Assembly: GCA_027021705.1 (NCBI GenBank)
Contig: JALUTT010000142.1
Coordinates: 1 to 25,509, forward strand
Source of the DNA: Anaerolineae bacterium
GTDB lineage: Bacteria > Chloroflexota > Anaerolineae > S140-20
Direction of reading: 5' to 3'
Length of the DNA: 25,509 nucleotides
Part shown: in pieces, positions 18,238 through 25,509 of the stretch
Layout: every line of letters begins with the position of its first letter
Numbering within the stretch: position 1 is the first letter of the stretch
The notes under the pieces: generated by a model
Told to the model about the DNA's origin: nothing
Database searches by the model: none
Seen by the model: the letters and a program-made list of their open reading frames with translations, nothing else
Position numbers and translations under genes: made by a program

Positions 18238-18723
18238 ATGAGCGAGAGATACGAACCCGTGATCGTGGGGTTTCTGTGCAACTGGTGCTCCTACCGGGCT
18301 GCTGACCTGGCCGGCACCTCCCGCCTCCACTACGCGCCCAATATGCGCCCCATCCGCGTGATGTGCAGCGGACGGGTGGATCCCCAGTTCGTGCTCAAGG
18401 CGCTGCGGGAAGGGGCCGACGGGGTTCTCATCGCCGGCTGTCACCCGGGCGAGTGTCACTACGTGGAAGGTAACATCAAGGCCCTGCGCCGCTACATCCT
18501 GCTCAAGCGCCTGCTGCGCCAGTTGGGTGTGGAAGAGGAGCGGGTCCAACTGATCTGGGCCTCGGCCTCCGAGGGGAACGTGCTGGCGGAGGCGGTAGAC
18601 CGGATGACGGAACAACTGCGGGCGCTGGGTCCTCTGCGCTGGCGGGAGATGGTGCTGAGCGGTGACGGCCACCGGCCGTCCCCCCTCCCGCAGCAGGCCG
18701 CGCCGGTGGCGGAGGAGGTGTGA
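18238..18723 (+). CDS. mvhD: F420-non-reducing hydrogenase iron-sulfur subunit D
   Basis: FLCNWCSY, RVMCSGRVDP, GCHPGECHY..GN, WASASEG. Confidence 0.93.
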   Translation: MSERYEPVIVGFLCNWCSYRAADLAGTSRLHYAPNMRPIRVMCSGRVDPQFVLKALREGADGVLIAGCHPGECHYVEGNIKALRRYILLKRLLRQLGVEEERVQLIWASASEGNVLAEAVDRMTEQLRALGPLRWREMVLSGDGHRPSPLPQQAAPVAEEV

Positions 18724-18725
18724 CG

Positions 18726-19751
18726 ATGGCCGAGAAGGGAAAGGGCAAACTCGCTATGTACTGGGCGGCCTCCTGTGGGGGGTGCGAGATCGCCGTGCTC
18801 AACATCGGCGACAAGATCCTGGACGTGGATGCCGCCTTCGACATCGTCTTCTGGCCCTGTGCCGCCGACTTCAAGTACGAGGATGTGCGGAACTACCCCG
18901 ACCGCTACATTGACCTCTGCCTCTTCAACGGGGCGATCCGCACCTCGGAGAACGAGGAGATGGCCCACCTGCTCCGCCAGAAGTCGAAGGTGCTGGTCGC
19001 CTTCGGCTCCTGCGCCTACGAAGGGTGCATCCCAGCCCTCTCTAACCTAACCACGGCCGAAGCCACCCTCCGCACCGCCTACCTGGAGAGCCCTTCCACG
19101 GACAACCCCGACGGGGTCCTCCCCCAGCCGGTTACCCAGGTGCCGGAAGGGGAGTTGCACATCCCCGCCTTCTACAACACCGTCAAGACACTGGACCAGG
19201 TGGTGCCGGTGGACTACTACATCCCCGGCTGCCCGCCGGAGCCCCACCAGATCTGGGCCGTCCTGGAAGCGGTCATCCAGGGGGCGGAACTGCCACCGCC
19301 GGGCTCCATCATCGGTGCGGGGACGGTGGCCGTCTGCCACGAGTGCCCCCTGGAGAAGCACGAGAAGCAGATCGAGCGCTTCTACCGGCCCTACGAGATC
19401 ACGCCGGAGCCGGGGCTCTGTCTGCTGGAGCAAGGGATCGTCTGCCTGGGGCCGGCCACCCGCAGTGGCTGCGGGGCCCTCTGTCCCCGCGTGGGGATGG
19501 GCTGCCGGGGCTGCTACGGGCCGCTGGACGGGGTCGAGGATCAGGGAGCCCGCATCCTCTCGGCCATCGCCTCGGTCGTCGGGGTGGGAACCCCTGAGGA
19601 GGATGAAGCGGAACTGGAGCGGAAGATCGAGGCTGTGATGGAGACGCTGGCGGACCCGGCCGGCACCTTCTATCGCTTCAGCATGGCCCGCTCCCTGCTC
19701 CAGCGGGCCCGCGTCGGTGGCAACGGTGCCGGGAAAGGAGAGGCCCGATGA
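18726..19751 (+). CDS. mvhG: [NiFe] hydrogenase small subunit (group 3c-like)
   Basis: SCGGCE, AFGSCA, PGCPP, CLLEQG..CLGPATRSGCGALCP...GCRGCYG; ATG 18726 suits RBS spacing (alternative GTG 18720). Confidence 0.88.
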   Translation: MAEKGKGKLAMYWAASCGGCEIAVLNIGDKILDVDAAFDIVFWPCAADFKYEDVRNYPDRYIDLCLFNGAIRTSENEEMAHLLRQKSKVLVAFGSCAYEGCIPALSNLTTAEATLRTAYLESPSTDNPDGVLPQPVTQVPEGELHIPAFYNTVKTLDQVVPVDYYIPGCPPEPHQIWAVLEAVIQGAELPPPGSIIGAGTVAVCHECPLEKHEKQIERFYRPYEITPEPGLCLLEQGIVCLGPATRSGCGALCPRVGMGCRGCYGPLDGVEDQGARILSAIASVVGVGTPEEDEAELERKIEAVMETLADPAGTFYRFSMARSLLQRARVGGNGAGKGEAR

Positions 19752-21241
19752 AACGGATCAGCATTGACCCCATCACCCGACTGGAAGGCCACGGCAAGAT
19801 CGAGATCTTCCTCAACGGCGACGGGGACGTTGCCAACGCCTACTTCATCATCCCCGAGCTGCGGGGGTTCGAGCAGTTCTGCGTGGGCCGGCCGGCCGAG
19901 GAGATGCCCCGCATCACCAACCGCATCTGTGGCGTCTGCCCAGAGGCCCACCACATGGCCTCGACCAAGGCGCTGGACGATCTCTTCCACGTCGCCCCCC
20001 CCTCGGTGACCAAGAAGCTGCGGGAGATGTTCTACTGCGCCTTCTACGTCACCGACCACACTACCCACTTCTACGCCCTAGGCGGCCCCGACTTCGTCGT
20101 CGGCCCCGACGCACCCCCGGCCGAGCGCAATATCCTGGGCGTGATCCACAAGGTGGGGGTCGAGGTCGGCAAACTGGTCATCGCCTGCCGGCAGCGCAAC
20201 CACCACGTCATCGAGATGGTCGGAGGCCGAGGCATCCACCCGGTGGCCGGCCTGCCCGGCGGGTGGAGCAAGCCCATCACCGAGGAGGAGCGGCAGGAGA
20301 TCGAAGAGATCGCCCGGCAGAACGTGGACTTCGCCCTCTTCAGCCTCGGCCTCTTCGAGGACCTGGTGCTGGGCAACCAGGAATACGTGGATATGATCCT
20401 CTCGGACGCCTACACCCACCGTACCTACTACATGGGCACGGTGGACGAGAAGAACCGGGTCAACTTCTACGACGGGATGATCCGGGTGGTGGACCCCGAG
20501 GGGAAGGAGTTCGTCAAGTACCATCCCCGCGACTACACCCAGCACGTGGCCGAGCACGTCGAGCCCTGGACCTACCTCAAGTTCCCCTACCTCAAGGCGG
20601 TGGGCTGGAAAGGGTTCGTGGATGGCAAGGAGAGCGGCGTCTACTGTGCCACCCCCCTGGCCCGACTGAACGCGGCCGACGGGATGGCGACGCCCCGCGC
20701 CCAGGAAGCCTACGAGAAGATGTACGAGACCTTGGGCAGCAAGAAGGTCAATGGGCGCTACCAGCCGATCCACTACCGGCTGGCCACCCACTGGGCCCGG
20801 CTCATCGAGCTCCTCTATGCCGCCGAGCGGATGCTGGAACTGATTACCGACCCCGAGATCACCGACCCCAACGTGCGTGCCCCCATCACCGAGACGCCGG
20901 ATGAGGGCGTGGGCTGCGTGGAAGCGCCCCGGGGCACCCTGACCCACCACTATTGGACCGACGAGCGGGGCATCTTGACCAAGGTCAACCTCATCGTGGG
21001 CACCACCAACAACTACGCCCCGATGGCTATGTCCATCAAGAAAGCGGCCCAGGCCCTCATCAAGAAGGGCACGGTGATCACCAACGGGCTGCTGAACCGG
21101 ATCGAGATGGCCTTCCGGGCCTACGATCCCTGCTTCGCCTGCGCCACCCACTCCCTGCCGGGCCAGATGCCGCTGGAGGTGATCATCCGGGATGCCGAGG
21201 GGAAGGTGGTAGAGCGGTTGAGTCAGTACGTGGAAGCGTGA
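19748..21241 (+). CDS. mvhA: [NiFe] hydrogenase large subunit (group 3c-like)
   Basis: IDPITRLEGHG, RICGVC (L1), EAPRG, DPCFACATH (L2) followed by a cleavable C-terminal tail. Confidence 0.92.
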   Translation: MKRISIDPITRLEGHGKIEIFLNGDGDVANAYFIIPELRGFEQFCVGRPAEEMPRITNRICGVCPEAHHMASTKALDDLFHVAPPSVTKKLREMFYCAFYVTDHTTHFYALGGPDFVVGPDAPPAERNILGVIHKVGVEVGKLVIACRQRNHHVIEMVGGRGIHPVAGLPGGWSKPITEEERQEIEEIARQNVDFALFSLGLFEDLVLGNQEYVDMILSDAYTHRTYYMGTVDEKNRVNFYDGMIRVVDPEGKEFVKYHPRDYTQHVAEHVEPWTYLKFPYLKAVGWKGFVDGKESGVYCATPLARLNAADGMATPRAQEAYEKMYETLGSKKVNGRYQPIHYRLATHWARLIELLYAAERMLELITDPEITDPNVRAPITETPDEGVGCVEAPRGTLTHHYWTDERGILTKVNLIVGTTNNYAPMAMSIKKAAQALIKKGTVITNGLLNRIEMAFRAYDPCFACATHSLPGQMPLEVIIRDAEGKVVERLSQYVEA

Positions 21242-21269
21242 AGCGCGAAACGTGAAGCCCGAGCAGAGG

Positions 21270-21776
21270 ATGCGAAAAACGTTGGTCCTTGGCCTTGGCA
21301 ACCCCATCCTGAGGGACGACGGCGTGGGCGTGCGGGTGGCGGAGATGGTGAAAGCCGCCCTCCCGTCCGATGCCCCCGTCGAGGTACGCCAGGTCAGCGT
21401 CGGAGGGCTGACGCTGATGGAGGCGATGGTAGGCTACGAACGGGTGATCCTCGTGGACGCTTTCCACCGCCGCGACGGGAGGCCCGGCACCACCCACCGA
21501 CTGACGCTGGAGGAGCTGCAGGCCATCAGCCCGACCCAGCACATCGCCTCACCCCACGACGCCACTCTGGTCACCGCGCTGGAAGTGGGCCGGCGGATGG
21601 GGTTGCCCCTGCCCGAGGAGATCACCATCTACGCCGTCGAGGTGGAGAACGTCACCGAGTTCGGCGAGGAGCCCACACCGGCCGTCGCCCGGGCCATCCC
21701 CCAGGTGGCCCGGGCCGTGCTGGTCGAACTGGGCCTCCCCACCGACTCCTCACCGGCCACAGACCAAGACCTGTAG
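21270..21776 (+). CDS. Hydrogenase maturation protease
   Basis: VLGLGNPILRDDGVG, ILVDA, SPH motifs; start placed at ATG 21270 (alternative GTG 21252 lies in short repeats). Confidence 0.9.
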   Translation: MRKTLVLGLGNPILRDDGVGVRVAEMVKAALPSDAPVEVRQVSVGGLTLMEAMVGYERVILVDAFHRRDGRPGTTHRLTLEELQAISPTQHIASPHDATLVTALEVGRRMGLPLPEEITIYAVEVENVTEFGEEPTPAVARAIPQVARAVLVELGLPTDSSPATDQDL

Positions 21777-21794
21777 AGCCTTCAGGAGGACACC

Positions 21795-22295
21795 ATGGTC
21801 TCACCGGAATTGATCCGGCGCTATCCCTTTTTCGCCGGCCTGGAACACGAGCACATCGTTACACTGGCCGGCGCCGCCGACGAAGTGACGGTGGAGGAAG
21901 GGCACTACTTCTTCCGCGAAGGGGAAGACCTCTGCTGTTTCTACGTCGTCATGGAAGGAGCCGTCGCCATCCTGGTTGAACTGCCCGATCAAGAGGCGGA
22001 GCAATCCCTGGCCGGGCAACTCACGGGTGAGTTGCACACCCGTGAGGTGGTCATCAGCACCGTCGGGCCGGGTGAGGTCTTCGCCTGGTCGGGCATCGTG
22101 CCCCCTCACAAGGCCACCGCCATCGCCAAGGCCCTCACCCCCTGTCGGGTGATCGCCTTCGACTGCAAGCAACTGCTCAAAGCCTTTGAGGAGGATCACC
22201 GCTTCGGCTACCTGATGATGCAGAAGGCCGCCCAGGTGATCCGGGACCGCCTGCGCGACACCCGGATCCAGTCCCTGGCCTACGTCGCCGAGTGA
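21795..22295 (+). CDS. Stand-alone cyclic nucleotide-binding (Crp-type effector) domain protein without HTH
   Basis: PFFAGL, FFREGE...FYVVMEGAV, VGPGEVFAWS, ATAIA; ends after the C-helix; RBS AGGAGG. Confidence 0.85.
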   Translation: MVSPELIRRYPFFAGLEHEHIVTLAGAADEVTVEEGHYFFREGEDLCCFYVVMEGAVAILVELPDQEAEQSLAGQLTGELHTREVVISTVGPGEVFAWSGIVPPHKATAIAKALTPCRVIAFDCKQLLKAFEEDHRFGYLMMQKAAQVIRDRLRDTRIQSLAYVAE

Positions 22296-22319
22296 GCCAA
22301 TCGGATTTCGTCTAGAGGG

Positions 22320-22441
22320 GTATCCATTCAGCCTACCCTCCCGCAGGTCACCGGTCAAGGGCGCTTTCAGCCCCGATGGGCTATTTGAAGCACGGTTTCG
22401 CGTCGGAAACGCGCCTAACCTGCGGGAGGGTGAACAGTTAT
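22320..22441. mobile_element. MITE family 2 (about 122 bp)
   Basis: Direct repeat (T)CTAGAGGG at 22311-22319 and 22441-22449; perfect 14-bp inverted repeat ACCCTCCCGCAGGT (22335-22348) / ACCTGCGGGAGGGT (22418-22431); imperfect termini GTATCCATTCA / TGAACAGTTAT. Confidence 0.75.
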
Positions 22442-22487
22442 CTAGAGGGATGGTCTGGCCTTCTGCTTGGGGGGCAGCGAATGGCCC

Positions 22488-22554
22488 TCAACGAATAGGC
22501 GACGGATCAGCGAGTGGGTGTAGACATTCGCTGATTCGCTCCCTCATTCGTTGA
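22488..22554. repeat. Nested palindromic CGAAT/ATTCG repeat element
   Basis: TCAACGAAT / ATTCGTTGA outer arms; ATCAGCGAGTG / CATTCGCTGAT inner arms. Confidence 0.65.
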
Positions 22555-22578
22555 CGAGCCGGTTTTGGGCTTCGCGGT

Positions 22579-22613
22579 ACTTCCGAGGCCGTCCTCGCCT
22601 CGGAAGTTTTTTT
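22579..22613 (+). terminator. Intrinsic terminator after hdr-mvh operon
   Basis: ACTTCCGAGGC - 7 nt loop - GCCTCGGAAGT stem running into T7. Confidence 0.8.
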
Positions 22614-22616
22614 GGG

Positions 22617-22771
22617 CGGTGATTGCCCACAAGTGAGCGAGAGAGTGGTCTGTAGCGGGCCGTCCACGAATTTCTCACAAATGCACGGATGAGGCGGTCC
22701 TTATTTCGTGTATTCGTGCCCCCTTCGTGGACGGCTAGCCTCCCTATCTCCAAAGATATGGGTAATCACCG
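22617..22771 (+). mobile_element. MITE family 1, copy D (155 bp)
   Basis: TIR CGGTGATTGCCCA / TGGGTAATCACCG; perfect 11-bp direct repeat GTTTTTTTGGG at 22606-22616 and 22772-22782. Confidence 0.9.
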
Positions 22772-22784
22772 GTTTTTTTGGGTA

Positions 22785-22820
22785 TTGAAAAGCTGTCCCG
22801 TTTGTGATACAATACACAAA
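22785..22820 (+). promoter_or_regulatory. Sigma70 promoter of second two-component system with palindromic operator over the -10
   Basis: TTGAAA - 17 bp - TACAAT (extended -10 TG); palindrome TTTGTGATACAATACACAAA at 22801-22820. Confidence 0.72.
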
Positions 22821-22940
22821 GAGAGGTGACGAGACCTCCCCGACAGCGCCCCCTACTCTCGGTGCAGCTTCGGGGTTCTGCAGGCCGGGGACCGGCGGCT
22901 GGGACCGGTGGGGCCTCCCGGCCCGGTGGTGGGTGGGAAG

Positions 22941-24866
22941 ATGGCTGCACGAGCGTGGAGATGGCTGATCCAGTGGGGTCTCCAGCGCCACCTTCAGTTG
23001 CTGACGGTGGTCAGCCTGCTGGTCGCCTTCGCCCTCTTCTGGCTGGCCGGCCAACACGCCGTCCAGGGGAGCATCCGCCAGAGCCTGGACAGCCGGTTGG
23101 CCGTTGCCCATCTCATCGCCTCCTCCCTGGACGACCGCCTGGAGAGGGTGCTCTCCCTGCTGGAGCAGGCAGCCGCCCAGGAGGACCTCAGGGCAGAGCG
23201 CCCGGGTGCTTCCCCGACCGCGCTGCTCCGGGAAACCCAACTGCGGCTTAGCGCCTACGGCCAACGCCTCTACTGGCTCGACGCCGAAGGTCGCCTCCTC
23301 TGGACGGAACCCCCCGCCCCCTCCCTCCTCGCCCGCCCCTTCCCCGACCTCCCCATCGTCTACCCGGCGCTGAAGAAGGGCACACGCCACGTCTCGAACC
23401 TCTGCTGGCCCCCAGGAGCGTCTCAGCCCTACGTCCTGCTGGCCGTGCCGATTCGTGGGACGACGGGGGAGGTGAGCGGCCTGCTGGTCGAGCGCATCGA
23501 GACCGATCGCCTGGGCCTGGAGCCTCTGCTGCGCCAGGGGGTGCCCGGAGAGAGCAGCTACATCGAGGTCGTTGACCGCCGGGGGATAGTCCTGGCCTCC
23601 AGCCGACCGGAGCGCCGTTTCCAAAAGGCCGACCACACCGACCAGTTTGCCCGATGGATCGAAGCCCGACAGCCGTTGGTGGGGGAGTGCCATCGCTGCC
23701 ACACCGAAGAGGAGGGAGGAACGGGGCAGGCCCTTCGCCAGGCCGATGAAGTGCTCACTTTCGTCCCCCTGCAGACCGCTCCCTGGGGTGTCGCCATCCG
23801 GCAACCGGCCCGCTACGCGATGGCCCCCCTGCGCCGTCTGCAGCATCTGATCATTCTGGGCGGTGGCGCTGTGCTGACCCTCGTACTGCTGGCGACCTCC
23901 TGGCTCGTCCGTCACCAGATCGTGGGACCGATCCAGACCCTCAAGGAGGCATCGGCCCAGCTCGCGGCGGACAACCGGAACGTCCCCATCCCCGTCCAAG
24001 GCGTTGACGAAGTCGCCCGCCTGACCGCTCACCTGGAGCAAATGCGGGTGAGGCTGGAAGCCACTTTAGAGGACCACCGCCGATGGAACGAGGCCCTGGA
24101 GGAGATGGTCGAGGAGCGGACGCGGGAACTGACCGCCCTTTACGAACAGTTGCAGGGGAAGGAAGCGGTCTGCAAGCAACTGCTGGGCAAGGTCCTGACC
24201 GCCCAGGAGGAAGAGCGGGCCCGCCTGGCCCGGGAGCTCCACGACACCATCGGCCAGTCCCTCACCGCCATCATCATGACGACGATGGCGATGGAGAACA
24301 GCCTCTCCCCCGACTTCATCGCCGGTCGGGAGAAGCTGACCAACGTGCGCAGGATCGCCACCCAGGCTCTGCGGGACCTACGCAGCCTCATCTTCGACCT
24401 GCGGCCTGAAGCCCTGGACGACCTGGGGCTGGTGATGGCCCTGCGCAGTCAGGCCAAGAAGTGCCTGGAACCGGCCGGCGTTCGGGTGCGGCTGCGCTCC
24501 ATCGGCCTGGAGGACCGGCTGCCGGCCGAGGTAGAGATCGCCGTCTTCCGCGTCGTCCAGGAGGCCATCACCAACATCGCCCGCCACGCCCAGGCCACCG
24601 AAGCCAACATCTCGCTGACCCGGAAGGGGGATAAGCTCATCGTGCGCGTGGAGGATGACGGTGTGGGCTTCGATCCAGCGTCGGTGATGCGGGACGAGCA
24701 GAAGGGGTGGGGGTTGAGAGGGATGGAGGAGCGGATCACCCTGCTGGGCGGCAGGTTCTACATCGGCTCGAAGCCGGGGCAGGGCACGCTGGTGTTGGCC
24801 GAGGTCCCCCTGGAGATGCTCGAGCATGAGGCCCTAGTCGAGGTGCCTGGTACCCTTCAGCGGTGA
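22941..24866 (+). CDS. Sensor histidine kinase (Cache-like - HAMP - HisKA_3 - HATPase) with CXXCH motif
   Basis: Two TM helices, CHRCH in the extracytoplasmic region, DEVARL HAMP, EEERARLARELHD H-box, DDGVGF / GLRGMEER boxes; start at ATG 22941 is inferred. Confidence 0.9.
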   Translation: MAARAWRWLIQWGLQRHLQLLTVVSLLVAFALFWLAGQHAVQGSIRQSLDSRLAVAHLIASSLDDRLERVLSLLEQAAAQEDLRAERPGASPTALLRETQLRLSAYGQRLYWLDAEGRLLWTEPPAPSLLARPFPDLPIVYPALKKGTRHVSNLCWPPGASQPYVLLAVPIRGTTGEVSGLLVERIETDRLGLEPLLRQGVPGESSYIEVVDRRGIVLASSRPERRFQKADHTDQFARWIEARQPLVGECHRCHTEEEGGTGQALRQADEVLTFVPLQTAPWGVAIRQPARYAMAPLRRLQHLIILGGGAVLTLVLLATSWLVRHQIVGPIQTLKEASAQLAADNRNVPIPVQGVDEVARLTAHLEQMRVRLEATLEDHRRWNEALEEMVEERTRELTALYEQLQGKEAVCKQLLGKVLTAQEEERARLARELHDTIGQSLTAIIMTTMAMENSLSPDFIAGREKLTNVRRIATQALRDLRSLIFDLRPEALDDLGLVMALRSQAKKCLEPAGVRVRLRSIGLEDRLPAEVEIAVFRVVQEAITNIARHAQATEANISLTRKGDKLIVRVEDDGVGFDPASVMRDEQKGWGLRGMEERITLLGGRFYIGSKPGQGTLVLAEVPLEMLEHEALVEVPGTLQR

Positions 24867-24896
24867 CCGCTCAGGCAGTCAGGTTGGGGAGGCGGC

Positions 24897-25509
24897 ATGG
24901 GCAAGATCCGTGTCCTGATCGCCGATGATCACGCTATCGTGCGGGCGGGCATCCGCTCCCTTCTGGAGGACCACGCCGACATCGAGGTCGTCGGCGAAGC
25001 GGGCAGTGGGTGCGAGGCCATCGAGCAGACCCTCCGCCTGCGCCCCGACGTCGTCCTGATGGACATCGCCATGCGCGACCTGAGCGGCCTCGAGGCGACG
25101 CGAGCTATCAAAGCCCAGGCCCCCCAGGTCAACGTGCTGGCTCTGACGATGCACGACCGGGAGGAGTACTTCTTCGCCATGCTCAAGGCGGGGGCTCTGG
25201 GGTACGTGCTGAAGGAAAGTGGGCCGGAGGAACTGCTGGCCGCCATCCGAGCCGTCCACCGGGGCGAAGCCTTCCTCTCCCCTCGGGTGACCAAGATGAT
25301 CCTGGACGACTACCTGGCCCAGCAGGCGGACAGGGTCCCATCCCGCTACAACAGCCTCACCTCGCGCGAAAAAGAGGTCCTCCGCCTGGCGGCTGAGGGG
25401 AAGACGACCCGAGAGATGGCCGAAATTCTGCACCTCAGCCCCAAGACCGTCGAGAAGCACCGGTCCAGCATGATGCGCAAGCTAGGGCTGCACAACCTCT
25501 CCGAACTGA
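24897..25509 (+). CDS. NarL/LuxR family response regulator (3' end beyond window; absent from the ORF track)
   Basis: Manual translation from ATG 24897: MGKIRVLIADDHAIVRAG...VLMDIAM...LTSREKEVLRL...LSPKTVEKHR; RBS GGGAGG. Confidence 0.92.
   Translation, partial: MGKIRVLIADDHAIVRAGIRSLLEDHADIEVVGEAGSGCEAIEQTLRLRPDVVLMDIAMRDLSGLEATRAIKAQAPQVNVLALTMHDREEYFFAMLKAGALGYVLKESGPEELLAAIRAVHRGEAFLSPRVTKMILDDYLAQQADRVPSRYNSLTSREKEVLRLAAEGKTTREMAEILHLSPKTVEKHRSSMMRKLGLHNLSEL

Noticed and set aside
16150..21241. Selenocysteine recoding in hdrA, mvhD or mvhA
   Set aside because: ORFs are uninterrupted and the relevant positions are Cys codons
15022..21307. Long antisense or alternative-frame ORFs (e.g. 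15022-17487, 20078-21307; also 2671-3978, 5165-6772, 22701-24041)
   Set aside because: Shadow ORFs typical of high-GC DNA opposite well-supported genes; no recognisable motifs
25507..25509. Terminal TGA as the stop of the last response regulator
   Set aside because: Out of frame with ATG 24897 (reads CTG A..); the gene continues beyond the window

Overview
High-GC bacterial window; gene content and short tandem repeats suggest Chloroflexota/Anaerolineae, which is an inference only. From left to right it holds: (1) a 13-repeat CRISPR array (37-bp repeat, transcribed leftward, no cas genes in the window); (2) a complete DDE insertion sequence; (3) a cell-envelope cluster (two M23 peptidases, ftcd, amidase, L,D-transpeptidase, TPR protein, divergent Lgt homolog); (4) a two-component system; (5) a complete hdrCBA-mvhDGA [NiFe] hydrogenase/heterodisulfide reductase operon with maturation protease and a stand-alone cNMP-binding protein; (6) a second two-component system whose sensor has a CXXCH heme-c motif. 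The strongest hidden pattern is a ~155-bp MITE present in four copies. Every copy sits 12-13 bp upstream of a predicted sigma70 -35 hexamer, with its 10-11-bp target duplication ending 2 bp from the -35. The IS lies 15 bp upstream of one of these -35 elements, suggesting promoter-targeted transposition. The array also has unusual spacers: several hairpins, two Pro/Thr-linker-coding spacers (one with a 21-nt match to a gene in this window), one duplicated spacer and one resembling an anti-repeat.
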